Positions 40,121 through 53,700 of a stretch of 64,000 nucleotides of DNA are shown piece by piece (positions within the stretch are counted from its first letter, which is position 1; each line of letters begins with the position of its first letter). Below the pieces are notes generated by a model. That model was given only the letters and a program-made list of their open reading frames with translations. It was not told where the DNA came from and made no database searches. Position numbers and translations under genes: made by a program. The stretch spans positions 54,190,001-54,254,000 of the forward strand of contig NC_087436.1 of NCBI RefSeq assembly GCF_036321535.1. Reading direction: 5' to 3'. The stretch is from Camelus dromedarius. Lineage: Eukaryota.

Positions 40121-40539
40121 GACTATAGGGTCTTTGAAGTTGTGAGTAGCTTCATATTGTTTCTTGATTAAATGCCTTTAATACATGTCAGCTAATACAT
40201 GTCTAGCACCATATGTATTATAAAGTTGTGTGTTTTAATGTATATGTGGCTCTTAATAGAACTATTTTTTAGTTAATAAAGTACAATTGAATCCTTCATT
40301 TAAATATAGTGAAATTGTGGTTGGGAATGAGAATAGGTTTTCTAACTATACTTGTTAACATTATAGTGACCTCTAGAGATAATTGCTGGTATTTGCAACT
40401 CATATCAAATTTCTTTGAACATTGTGCTGTCAGTGGTGAGCAAGAGGATGGACTGGTTTCAAATGGCAGTCTTAGGCAAAGCAATAAGCTTTGAAATACC
40501 CATAACTGTGTTCAGTGTCAAAACTAACACATGGCCAGA

Positions 40540-42728
40540 GGGGAGTTCCCAAGATGGCAGAGTAAAAAGACTCTGAGCTAACCTATTCTCTCATAGGTAC
40601 ACCGACATGATAACTATTTACAGAACAGCTATTGATGAAAAAGCTGGGAACCTACCAGAAAAGTTCTTCTAAAACTAAGAATATAAAGAAGGAAGCATAA
40701 TGAGTTGGATAGGAGAGGAGTCGCGGTGTTGTCAAGACCTATAACCCCAGGCAGGTGACCACAAATGGAAGAAAAATTGCAGTTGCAGAAGTTCTTCCCT
40801 AGGACTGAGGTGTCTGGCCCCACATTGTCCTCCTCAGCCGTGGATCCTGTGCTGGGGGGACAAGCCCGCAGAATGTTTGGCTTTGAAGGCCAGTGAGGCT
40901 TATGTTTGGGAAACCCAGAGGGCTGTGGGGAATAGACACTCTTGTTCTTTTTTATTGAAGTGTAGTTGACTTACAATGTTAGTTCCAGGTGTACAGCGAA
41001 GTGATTCAGTTATACATATACATACATATGTATTTTTTCTTTTCAGATTCTTTTCTATTATGTATTACTATAAGAAATTGAATAGTTCCCTGTGCTATAC
41101 AATAGGTCCTTGTTGTTTATCTATTTTGTTTATAGTAATGTGTGTCTCTTAGTCCCAAACCTCTAATTTATCCCGCTCTGCTCTTTCCCCTTTGGTAACC
41201 ACAGTTGTTTTCTATGTTTGTGAGAAACTCCATTCTTAAAGGGCACACACAAAACCACACATGCTCCAGGTCACAGCAGAAGCAATAATGTGAAAGGAGC
41301 CTGGGTCAGACCTACCTGCTGATCTTGGAGAGTCTCCCAGGCAGGCAGGAAGCAACTGCAGCTCACCCTGAGGACATAGAGACAGGCAATAGCTATTTTG
41401 GGGAGCTCATTCTTTCCTGTGGATTCTGGTGCTGGCATGCACCTTTTTAGAATCCTCCTTCTAGCTTAGCCTCAGGATCCAGCCCCATAGCCTGTAGGTA
41501 CCAGTACTGGGATTCCCCAGACCAAGCAGCTAATGGGGTGGGGACTGAACCCACAGCCAGTTGCCCCTGGACATGGCTGTACCCACCAGACACCAGTGTG
41601 CAGGCACTAGACCCAGGACACTCAGGATCCTGCAGGCAGAGACCTAGGAACCAGGTATAACAATCATTGGGCAGGCACCAGCCCCAGAATTCTTGGCCTC
41701 ATCCATTAGCCTGCTCTAGCCTTGAGACCAGTCTTACACACCAGTGGATGGACACCAGCCACCAGACAACCACTGCTCTGCCCTAGGATCTGCCTAATAG
41801 CCTGCTCTAGCCCTGGGGCCACCCAGGATTCCACAGCCATCACACAAGGCCCCACCAACCAGCAGCTGGCAGCACTTGCACAAGGAAGGGCCTGTCAACC
41901 AGCTGGACCAGGGACCAGCCATGCTTACCAGACACCCATAGTAGGCAGCCCACCACAACAGAAGGACCCACATAGCACACATAGGGGCACTCCTAGAGCG
42001 TATACCAAAGGGTAGTGTGCTGCTGGGACGCATTAGGATATCTCCCACCAAAAGCCACTTCTCCAAGGTTGGAAAACTTACCAACCTACAAGATACATAG
42101 AAATAAAAACAGCAAGTTAGGCAAAATGAGGCAACAGAGGAACATGTTCCAAATGAAGTAGGTAAAACCGCAGAAGAAGAACTAAGTGCAGTGGAGACAG
42201 GCCATCTACCCAAGAAAGAGTTTAGAGTAATGATTGTAAAGATGATCAAAGAACTCAGGAGGAGAATGGATGCACAGAGCAAGAAGTTAGATATTTTTAG
42301 CAAAGAGTTGGAAAATGTAAAGGAAAACCAAATGGAGATCAAGAATACAATAACTGAAATGAAAAATATACTAGAAGGAATCAATAGTAGACTAAATGAT
42401 ACAGAGGAACAGATCAGTAAGCTGGAAGACAGAATAGCAGAAATCACTGATGCTGAACATAAAAAAATATGAAGAGAAATGAGGACAGTTTAAGAGACTT
42501 CTGGGACAACATCAAATGCACTAATATTCACATTATAGGAATCTGAGAAGGAGGAGAGAGAAAGGGTCTGAGAACATATTTGAAGACATAATAGGTGAAA
42601 ACTTCCCTAACCTGAGAATGGACACAGACATCCAAGTCCAGAAGCACAAAGATTCTCAAACAGGATTAACCTAAAGAGGAACACATCAGGACACATTGTA
42701 ATTAAAATGGCAAAAATCAAAGATAAAT
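40540..42728 (+). mobile_element. L1 5'UTR plus first part of ORF1
   Basis: caagatggc start motif at ~40550; ORF 42191..42472 KEFRVMIVKMIKEL...INSRLNDTEEQISKLEDR is ORF1-like. Confidence 0.9.
40948..41225 (-). mobile_element. Short L1 3' tail inserted into the L1 5'UTR
   Basis: tttttattgaagtgtagttgacttacaatg...tttcccctttggtaaccac...tctatgtttgtgag, with a degenerate flanking duplication (acactcttgttct / aaactccattct). Confidence 0.8.
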
Positions 42729-44160
42729 AGTTGTCCATTATATTAACTTATAGTTGTTCATAGCAATCTTTTATGATCTTTTGTATTTCTGTGTTGTTGG
42801 TTGTAACTTCTTTTTCATTTCTGATTTTATTGACTTGAACTTTCTCTTTTTTCTTGATGAGTCTGGCTGAAGTTTTATGCATTTTGTTTACCTTTTTAAA
42901 AAAGCAGCTTTTAGTTTCATATATCTTTTCTATTTTTTTGTCTCTTTCATTTATTTCTTCTCTAATCTTTATGATTTCTTTCCTTCTACTAACTTTGGGT
43001 TTTGTTCTTTCTGTTGTTGCTTTAGGTGTAAGTTTAGGTTGTTTATTTGAGATTTTTCATGTTTCCTGAGGTAAGCTTGTATTGCTATAACTTTCTTCTT
43101 AGAACCACTTTTGCTGTGTATTACAGGTTTTGGCTCATTGTGTTTCATTTTCATTTGTCTCCAGGAGTTTTTTTTTTTTTTTTTTTTTTTTGATTTCCTC
43201 TTTGATTTATTCAGTGGTTCATTGTTCGCTTAGTAGCATATTGTTTAGCCTCCACATGTTTGTGTTTTGTGCAGGTTTTTTTTTTTCTTGTAGCTGATTT
43301 CTAATCTCATAGTGTTGTGGTCAGAAAAAATGCTTGCTATGATTTCAGTTTTCTTTAATTTACTTAGGCTTGTTTTGTAGCATAGCATGTAATCTATCCT
43401 GGAATGTTCCATGTGCACTTGAAAAGAATGTGTATTTTGCTGATTTTGGATGGAATGTTCTATATATGTCTATTAAGTTCTTCTACTCTAATGTATCATT
43501 TAAGGCCAGTGTTTCCTTATTGATTTTCTGCCTGGATGATCTGTTCATTGATGTAAGTGGGATGTTAATGTCCCTTACTGTTACTGTGTTACTGTCAATT
43601 TCTTCCTTTATATCTGTTAATACTTGCTTTATGTATTTAGGTGTACCCATGTTGGGTGCATATATATTTAAATTGTATTTTCTTCTTGGATCAATCCCTT
43701 GTTCATCATGTAGTGTCCTTCTTTGTCTCCTGTAACAGTCTTTAAAGTCTATATTGTCTGATATAAATATTGCTACCCTGCTTTTCTTTTGATTCCATAT
43801 GCATGGAATGTGTTTTTTCATCCCTTCACTTTCAGTTTGTGTTTGTCTTTAGATGTGAAGTAAGTCTCTTATAGGCAGCAGATATGTGGGTCTTGTTTTT
43901 GTGTCCATCCAGCTACTCTGTCTTTTGATTAGAGTGTAGTCCATTTACATTTAAAGTAATTATTGATGTATATGTTCTTGCCGCCATTTTGTCAATTGTT
44001 TTGGGGTTGTTTTATGGTTCTTTTTGTTCCTTTCTTCTTCTTTTGTTCTTGTGATTTGATGACTATCTTTAGTGTTAGATTTGGTTTTTTTCCTCTTTTT
44101 TGTGTCTGTATCTGTTACAGATTTTTTGGTTTGTAGCTACCATAAGGTTTATATATAGCA

Positions 44161-44228
<68 letters not shown>

Positions 44229-44335
44229 GAGTATTTTAAGTTGCTGATATTTTAATTTCAAACCCATTGTAACAACCCTGCATTTGTACTCTCCTCTCAT
44301 GATTACTGTTTTTGACATCATATTTTACATATGTA
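42729..44335 (-). mobile_element. Inverted L1 segment (inter-ORF spacer plus ORF2 endonuclease region)
   Basis: ORF 43483..43821(-) NQKKSRVAIFISD...NIYAPN...ETLALNDTLE; runs as a direct repeat of ~20600-22000. Confidence 0.9.
44163..44228. repeat. (TCTA)n/(GATA)n tetranucleotide microsatellite
   Basis: Long near-perfect atct run with one interruption. Confidence 0.95.
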
Positions 44336-46446
44336 TGCATACCACCAGGAAAACTTTTATGAGAGAAGTGAAAAATTTTAAACTGCTTTTGTTTTATTTT
44401 AACTTCAGTCATAAATGGCACATAGGATTTTGGATGTTGATAGAAAAAATATAGGCTTAGGAGCAGAAGGATTCTTTTTCATAATACCTAATAAAGAATA
44501 ATATTTGCAAGGCTTTAATCACAAAAAGTAAGTTGAAACGTCCAGGTTTATCAGGAAACTTCTCTGGGTTCAGTGCTCATTGTTGAAAACCTTTCAAAAA
44601 TATATTAGCCCCACCCCTATTTCTTTTAACTTTATACCTAAGTACTATAGTACAAATATAGATTATCTGGAAACAGGTGCTTTCAGGATATGAAATAAGA
44701 TGTTGAATGTATTTTATATATAGATATTGCTCTCCTTTCCTGCTCCAGAAACTTCATGAAGCAGCTGAATCTTTTTGATATTTTTGCTTGAAAGACAAGA
44801 CATTAACTTACAGGCTCTCTGGTTTTCAGATGTATAATAAGCAATCAAAAGGTTAAATCATTTAATTATTTTTAACTGCTAAATTACTGTGTTGGTTCAT
44901 TGGATTGAAATTTTCTGTATAACTGATTATAGGAATTAGATCAGTAATAATTCTATAAGTTTATTTCAGGTCCCAGTGATTTTTTTTTTTTAGTGTTTTC
45001 TTTGTGGAATTCAAAAAGCACTTGTCTGAGATACAGTTCCAGATTGCCTTCTAAAAGCCCACATTTCTCTATATAATAACCTTATAAGCAGTTTTAATCT
45101 TCTATTGTATAAGTGTTTTTATATGATGAGAATGTTTGGCTTGATGAACTAGATTGATTGTTTAGATTCCTAAAAAGCACAGGTGAGAAGGAAACATTTC
45201 CTCAGTGTGTTGCTGTGATTGATGAGGCCATGTTTGAATTTTGAGCCTTCTGACATCCATAAATGCTAAACTCAAAAAAAGAATGAGATTTCTTCATGTT
45301 TCTGAATACATATTATACATTTAATAAAAAGGACAATAACTGATATTGATAGTCAGAAAAAAGAAGCTTGTGAATAAACAAAGCAGTCACTTGTACAGTT
45401 ACAGGTAGCGACTGAATTAGGAAATTTGAGTACATGCTTTTCACTTAATAGTGAAGTTGATTTATGGATATTATATCTTCCTGACTCATGAATGGTGGCA
45501 TTAGAGGTGGTCTACTAGAAAGGGGATACATTTGCTGCCATTTCTGCTGTTTTCATCAGTATTCCTGCAGATGAAGATATATATTCTTGTTAGATATGGG
45601 TAAAAGAATGTGGCATAAGCACTTTTCCAAATGGAACAAATATTAAAGTGTAGCTTTCTCTTTAAATTTTGATGAATAACTTTTGCATTAAGGAATACTG
45701 CATATCCATACTCAATTTGCCTTTTGTGAGAGGTTGGATCACATTTTCCATTGAGTGTTTATTTTGAAAAATTATTAGCTACTAAATTTATTTAAATATT
45801 AATACAGATAATATATTTGATTATATTATAAACAATATAGTTTTGGTATATGAAACAAACTTCCCTCAACTTTGATGTATATATGTATATCAAATATAAT
45901 ATGAATTATATATATATATATTCAAATGCATATTGCTTTGCTTCTAAGTAGCTAAAGGCTCTGAAGCATCAATTTGTTGAGTTATGTTTGAGTCAGCATA
46001 ACCAGTAGAAAACACTAAATAAAATGAAAGATACATTAACCTCTTGTTACTTATGAAACACACTATAATGCAGTACCTTACTGAACTCTAGATAGATATC
46101 CAAACTAAAACCTGGATATGTATGCTTACAAATTTACTCATTTTGATAAAGTTGCAGCTATAAAAACATATGGCTTAAACATATAGTGTAATAGTATAAA
46201 TCAGTGTCATAACTGATAGTGGTCTTCTTAGTGCATCTGTATTTCAACTCTTTTGGCTTGTGATTAAATGGCAGAAATAGCCTATATAATGGGGTAGTTG
46301 TTTAGGCAAAGTAGCTCTTTCTTGTTTAAATGAGAGATTGGTGGTGAGTGAGTCTCTGATTTATCTGTATTGTTGAGTGGAATTATTCAAATATGTATTT
46401 GCTTACCCTGTGTACTCCTTAAAGGTATATACTTTGCTTGGTAGGT

Positions 46447-46740
46447 GTATCAGGTAACAGTAAACTGAATTCAATCTATCTTAAATAGGAAAGTAATTTA
46501 CTGGTATATATTAGAGTAGGTCTGGCTTAGGCACTATTTCAGGCTCCCGTGATGTCACCAGGACCTGGATTCTCTCTTTTGCTTCTGAGAACCTCTTCTT
46601 CTGTACTTGTTTTGTTCATAGGTAGGATTTTTCCTAATAGTGGAAAGAAGGCTATTGCACCTAATAGCCTCACAGTCTCTTATTCAAGTATAGTGAGAAA
46701 ATAGTATCTCTGCTCCTGGATAATTGAAACAAAAAATTCC
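46447..46740. mobile_element. Old MaLR LTR fragment (MLT1J/K-like)
   Basis: caggtaacagtaaactgaattcaa...aatttactgg...caggctcccgtgatgtcaccaggacc. Confidence 0.5.
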
Positions 46741-48349
46741 ATTTTGAATATTGTATTGGTTTGTGATGTTTATTTATAATGTATTAAGTTCTTATATTTA
46801 GATTGTTCACACAGCTAATATAGTGCTAGGGTATTATGGAAGAAGTCTTTTTTTTCCCGTATTATTTTATTAGAACTTCTAACTTTGAGACAAGTGTTAT
46901 TTTAGAGAGTGGATGTGATAGCTCTTTTGTAATGTTATCAGACAATTGTTTGTAAGCACTTGTAACAATGATGTTTATAAGAGTTGTACCTTCTTGGCAC
47001 AAATGAAACTTTTTTAAGTGAAGAAAAAAATCTTCTCACTGGTTATAAGTGGCATAGAAAAAAGATTTTATGTAAAATAGTTGTCTAATAACTGGATTCC
47101 TTACAAAGCTCTTTTTCTTTATTCTAAGATTTTCAAGTAATTCTCTTAGCTCTTCTACATGTATAATCTTGTCATCAAAATGGTAATTTGGCTTCTAGCT
47201 GTGTTAGCATTGTTTTGGTTTGTTGTTTTGCTGCCTTGGACAGAAATTATGGGATGATATTAAATGATAACAGTGATATCTGGCTTCCTGTTCTGTTTTT
47301 AATGGGAGTGACTTTAATTTTCCCCTCTCAGATGGCATTGGCTTCTAGTTTAAAATGATTATTCTTTATCATTTAAAATACGTTTTATTCCTAGTTGTAT
47401 AATATTGTTCAATTTGGGAAATGTGTTTAGTGCTTTTTTTGTTATCTAATGAGGTCACCATGTGGAGGATCTCATGGTAAACCTACCGACATGATAGATC
47501 TGTTAGGAGATTTTCTTCTATTAAGCCGTCTTGAATTTTTGAGTGATGGTAGGCAATTCTCGTAAAATACTGTTGAATCAAATTTACAAGTATGCAGCTA
47601 TCTCACAGAACATCTTCTTGGTGAATGTTTTCCCAGTAGAGACTGCCTCTTATTTATGAATATGGTGATGTCATAAAATGCGAATCCTCTAAACCCAATA
47701 CAAAAATTTTAACAAAATGATGTGCAGGGAAAGTCTCTAGGCATATTCTTAATACAACTTTGGTAGAATATAAGATTCGCCTGTAGAGTAGGTGTTTTGT
47801 GAATCTACAAATTTATCAGCAGAGGTTTCAATGTTGCTAGGATAAGAGAATGTTAAAACATGCAAAGCAATTGTTTGTTAATAGCTATGTGAATTGTTTA
47901 TCAGGAAGCTATGTTTTAGCATTTTACATCTTAAACATAGTTTGGTAAATATATAGGCATTTTCTAGGGTTTTAGTTACTACATAAAAATTGTTAGAGTT
48001 TCTAGGTTGATGCATAATACATTATAATTATTGTTATTTTAGCACAGAGCATCTAATTTTTAGGAAGGAATGATGTTATGCAGTTGATGCCTATATTTAA
48101 TTTGGATTTGTACCTGTGAGATCAGTCTGTAGTAATGATAACAAATATGTCAGATTATGATATCAGAATGATTTCTTTCATAAAATAACTTGGATAATTT
48201 AATTTTGGTTTTTTAAAGAACTTGGTGGCAATTTTTCTAGTCCAAATAATTTTTGAGTTATTAGTTAACTTTTATAATTCACCTTTTATAATTTTTTTGT
48301 TTAATCAGATTTTTCTACTTTATTTTGAACTAGTTGACTTGAGTTTTTT

Positions 48350-51300
48350 GTTGTGATTAGCAGGTGGGGTCAGGTTGGGGGTTCCTACATGTTGGTAGAG
48401 TTTGAAACTCCTGCTAGTACCGAAGGAGGGATCATTCAGACTTTCTTATCAGCTTGCCCAGATGTAGGCAGAAGGGGAAGAAGAAGTGGTGAGGCTTTAA
48501 AAGTTGTCAGCAGTCAACATCAGAAAACGGAGTCAAGTTCTTTATTTTAGTGGAGTTTACAAGAAAGGTTACAATAATAAATGATAGAATATTAGTTTGT
48601 AACAGTGTTACAATTGAAGAGGAAGCAGTCGATTTTGGATGGTTTCTTTACAAAAGCCACAGTCACCCTGTGGCTCTTCATGACGTTGTGTCTGATCTGG
48701 ACATTACTTGGAGCAGGACTTGAGAGTAGTTACATTTCTGCATGCTGGGTGGATTACAGATCTTTGTTCCTGATGGAATGATTCCAACATACAGGAAATT
48801 TAATTTTTAAAATTTCTGTTGAGAATGAAAATTTGAAGCCCATCATTGGTTGGAAACTTCGACCACATTCAAAGTGAGAAAAGGGCCATTATTTGCTATG
48901 GTACAAACTTGAATTGAGTGCAAATGGAAATCAGAATTAATTCTATTATGGCAATAAATATAAATGGTTTAAACTCATATGTAAGGCAAATACTTTGGAT
49001 TATAATAAAAAATCCTACTTACATGAGGCACATACACACACAAAGGTATATAATAGTTACAAATAAAAGGATGGACAAAGATATATCAGGTAAATGAAAA
49101 CAGAAAATAAAATGTGAGTAACCACATTCATTTCCTACAAAATAAAATTCAAGGCAAAATCATTTCAAGGAGATCTTGAGGCAAAGACAGCTTTCTCTCT
49201 ATGGTTAATAAATCAGCAGTAGAAAGTGCACCTGTGGCAGATTTGAGACTATGTTTGCAGGGGATGTAGAACTACTCTCTCTGAATAGCAAGATTTATTT
49301 ATTTTTCTTTCATATTGAAGCACATATCTCTTTAGTGTTAGGCTCGTAATCAGTTAACTTGTGGAAAGTTCAAAGGATTCAAATAGGTGTATACTGTAGG
49401 TAAGGCGAAGGAGTCAGTCTTCTTCAGACAAATATATACATTTGTTGGCTTTAATCCTATTCATAATTGCTTTGAGGTTTTCAAAAATTTTAAATTATTA
49501 TTTCTCTAATTATTACACTTATAATCAAAATGGCATCTTTTTATTCTACCCATGAATGAGGAAAATTTAAGAGAATTTTATTGACAATCTAAATGGTTAG
49601 AATACATGTAAAATGCCAATCTCCAGCACCTATGTTTAGCAGCGCTTTTAAAACATCTTTACTTGAGGGACCTTTACATGTTAGGATATAACCTTCCTTA
49701 TTCCTACTACTTACATTTTTTGAGATATGTCTCTCTGTGGACAGGGTAAGAGATGCGTAGTTGAGTGGAGAGAGGTAGAGTGAAGTAGTGCTCCGGGTGC
49801 CTCAAAAAGTATTACACACCCAGTTGAAGGATTGTTGCCCACATTGTTAGTTCATGATTTTTAGCAAGAGAGCATAATAGGGAAGTATGGATGTCATCCT
49901 TTTATTTCAGGTTTGCTCTGTGTCTGTGTCTTGCAACGTATGGTAATTACTGTTAGGTTCCTTTTAGATGTTTTTCCTCTGACTCCCATTTCTCAATGAT
50001 GATTTAATTTTTCCTTTAAAAAGATCTGCCTTGAGAAGTAGATTATTGGGAAGTTATTAGGACGTGTAGGTAGATGCCGTTCCCCTCTCCCTCTTTGAAT
50101 TGTCTGCTTAAATTGTCAAAATTAAATGTTTGTGTGTACTTTCATAATGACTAACAGTATAATGGAAGAGCAAAGTTGTACTTTAATTCTGGTTACTCAA
50201 TACATGGAAAAAGATGCTGTCACTTCTGTTCCTTAGGGTTTTTTTTTTGTTTTTTGTTTTATTCATTCAGAAGAGAAACAGGTACATTTAACTTTTTTTA
50301 TTGGGGGAGAGTTTTTCATAGGAAGATTTCTGAATGTTAACTTCTCAAATATACAATTTTCACATGTACTGTTTCCCACTAAATGAAGTGTTCCATATTA
50401 GATACAGGTTATTTGTTGTGAAAAAGTATTGCTTGAAGTCTGGAGGCAACAGTGAAGAATATACTTTGGAGCAGTTTTGACAGAGCAAACTTGTATTATA
50501 TGAAATGACTTGGTTTTTCTATCATTTGAATTTTGTGTACACGTCAGTCATCTGCGTCTTTAGGTTAAGGATCTGTATTGTATGTCCTCCAAAGTTATTT
50601 CCATTTGGAATTTCTTGTTTATGGGGACTTTGTGGTACCACACTTTGCCATATTCCTCTAGCAAGCAAAGTGGTGAAGCTAAGGTGAGACTGGTGCTGGT
50701 GGCATTTACTGTCTAACATAGCCACTTGTGATCCTCAGCGGGGGAAATCGGAGCTAGCGTCTGTTCCCCTGTACCATGGCTCTTATAGTGGACTATGTGA
50801 TCCCCTTCAAATACTTACTGTGACATACTGAGACATTTGGTAACTCTTACCTAGGTCAGGCCTCGAAACATACAAAAATATATGGGATGTGTTAGAAATA
50901 AAGCAGACCTTAGGATTTTCTTGGACTTCCCCATCAGGGTTGTGGTTTTATTCTTGTTCTTTAGTCTATGGCCTAATAAAGATTATTTATTTACTTTATT
51001 ATCTTGACCAACTCTAGCTTTAGCTATGACTGCTCTATTATTTCCTTCCACAGCCTCTCCAAACATATTGTGTGAGATCCAGAGCCTTATGTTTTATTCT
51101 AGTTTTGGAGCATTCTCTTTTAGTCCCTTTGTGTAGAAATCTAACTGCTCTTTATACAGCTCTTGAAGACTGATGGCCAGTCAGGGTAATATCTGGGGCT
51201 TTGAATACCCTCTTCTTAGGCTCAACTAAACATTCAGACTCACAAAACTATCATAGGCCATACTTGGCATGGTCTCTTTGGAAGAATAAAGGACAGAAAC

Positions 51301-52310
51301 CACAGCTTGTCTGCGGAAAGTGTCAGGAATTCTTCTATTGGAGTCCTTTTAGCAATCACACAGGATTATATAGCTCAGGTGCAAGGAGATTTGATACTTA
51401 TCAGGAGCGTGTGATATTCTCCCTGGTTTAAAAGTCTCATGCCCCACAGGAACTACTATCTCTTTTAACTACTTCGTAGGAATAACTTCCAGGATGCCCA
51501 TAAGGGACATGCCTGCTACAAACGATAAAACCATGGTGCTCCATTAGGTATTCATAGTTCTCCACGTGTAGTTACATCTTACCAATCAGGGAGCATTTTA
51601 CTTTAAGTAATGTTGCCTAGCAACCCAATGGACATACTCTCTTTTCAGGTTATTAAGGGAATAGAGCTAGCAAAGGGGAAAAGATTTTATTATTCCCTTA
51701 CCTGTAGTCTGCTCCCTGTGCTTTGGCTAACACAGGGAGAAAGGACAGTCAGCACATTTTATGACCACCAATATCTGCATTATTCACTGGGGCATTAATG
51801 TTCACTTTCTACCCTAATTAAATAGAATAGTCTTTTGGCCAATTAGTTTTATAGGGCCCACCATATCTTTTAATTCTGTAGATTACAGGTAAATTTACAA
51901 CAGGGAAAAATACATGAGAGTATTTAGTAAACCAAACATAGTACAGTAACTTTTTATATACTTTTAATCAAACATGTCTTTTTCATTTTTGGTGGTATAC
52001 TTCAAAAATATACCATCAGTTAACCAGGAGGTCAAGGCAGTCTGACATTATAGTCAAGATTTTACTTTATCCTCTTGGCTTGGGCTTATAAAACACTCAG
52101 CCATTGTAGAAGTTACTTTGTGAGGTTTCTTTATTTTGATTGGTAATCATAACAAGGCAGCAGAAGATACAGATCAAGTAAGGCCACCTGGTACTCCTGC
52201 CTGGCTTTGCTGACACACTCACAGAGGCATTTCTTGAGTGAGTGTGATCCCACCCTTTCTTTATAAGAGTAGTCACAAATACGGGTTCTGAGGCTTGTGT
52301 GCTCCCCAGC
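48350..52310 (-). mobile_element. Putative ancient LTR-retroelement remnant (LTR-like end plus decayed pol)
   Basis: Minus strand: SWLTDG (RNase H WFTDG-like) at ~52015-52030, TELK-like at ~51870, integrase-like pieces at ~51070-51330, and an LTR-like segment with AATAAA at ~48541. Confidence 0.4.
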
Positions 52311-52329
52311 CAGACATCAGAGTTTAGAT

Positions 52330-53135
52330 ATTTTTAAACTGTGGATTCAACATCTCTACTCAGGTATTTGATAGGCATTTCAAATCACCCATGTCTAAAA
52401 CAGAACTTTTGATTTCTTCCACCTGTCTTTCCCATTCAGTGCAGCAAGCCAGTCATTATAATAGTACCATTTTTCATCCAAAAAACTTAGGAGTTTTAAT
52501 AGATATCTCTGTATAATCTACTCTACACATATCATTAAGAGATGTCTTTCTAAAATAAAATCACATCATTTCCTGCTCTTGTTCAAAACCCTCCACTCGT
52601 TTTTACCATCTTAAGAATAAAACCTGTACATTTAATCATAATCTATAAGGTCTTTAATTATATAGATTCATCCCACTTTTTAAACTTCATTTTCTGCCAC
52701 ATTTCTCCCTGCTTACTCTTAAGTATTTTGCTGCCCTTATTTGGTTTCTTTGAGCATATCAAGCTGGTTCCTGTTTTCAGCTATTTTGCATTTATTATTC
52801 CTTCTACCTGGAATACCTTTGCTGTTGAAAGGCTTTAACGCTCGTTTCATTCAAATTTCTGCTCTAGTATCACCTCTTCAGAGAGGCCTTCTCTGACTTC
52901 CCAGTCTAATCACCTACACTCATGTAGCATTTTTCATTTTTCAACATTATAGATAATATTATGCATTATATATGCATAAATATATAAGTACATATAAATA
53001 TATGTACTTGTTTGAAATTAAGCGCCATGAAGGCAGGCATTTTATTTTGTTAACTTTATCTGCAAAACTTAGGAAAATGTTTGGCATATGGTAGATCCTT
53101 GGTAAATATTTATTAAAAGAATCAAAGAATGATCA
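52330..53135 (+). mobile_element. L2a-like LINE 3' portion
   Basis: catctctactcaggtatttgataggcatttcaaa...tcacctcttcagagaggccttctctgac...ggcatatggtag...taaatatttattaaaagaat. Confidence 0.8.
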
Positions 53136-53519
53136 AGGATAGAGAGTTGAAATATACCACAAGATACACTGGACTTCTTATGCCATGTAAACTAATTTTA
53201 CTGGATAACCTGGTGAGAGAAGTATGGTTAGTAAAGGCATTCATGTAAATTTTCACCTAAAGCATGCTTGGATTATGTTGGATATTCCATGAGGAAAAGC
53301 CACAGCAGACGGTCCTTTGTTGCATAACTAGTATCATAAAAGCAGGCCTTCATCTCTCGCTTGTCCTTCTCCGTGCTCTCTTGTCCTTCATAGACTTAGT
53401 CCTGAACTACTTAACCTGACCTGTTGCGTGTGATGAACTCTGAGCTGATTTTGGAATTTTTAATTTCTGACCTCCCTATTCATTCTCCTGTTTATAGAGT
53501 TACCATATGTTTTTGTGTT

Positions 53520-53700
53520 CATGGCACATTTTATGGGTGTGCAACCAGGACAGTTGCACAGATCCTCATATTCAGAAGGGCCCCACACTTGATTTAATGC
53601 TCAATTGTTGTTATCTTGAAATTCTTAATAATATTTAAACAAACAATACCATATTTTCATTTTACACAGTACCTCAAAATTATGTAAGTGTTTGTGCCCC
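53520..53700. mobile_element. hAT-Tip100 MITE (MER91A-like)
   Basis: atgggtgtgcaacc...cagaagggccccacacttgatttaatgctc...atcttgaaattcttaataat. Confidence 0.7.

Noticed and set aside
41794..42447. Longest ORF in the window (217 aa, minus strand)
   Set aside because: It is the antisense reading of L1 ORF1, giving the usual Ser/Leu/Phe-rich shadow ORF.
46555..46572. ccaggacctgga (PGPG) as the next STPG2 exon
   Set aside because: It lies within an MaLR LTR, has no following Tyr motif and no suitable splice sites.
49895..49948. Acceptor/donor pair defining a 32-nt exon
   Set aside because: Frame-shifting, no STPG2 similarity, and expected by chance in a 50-kb intron.
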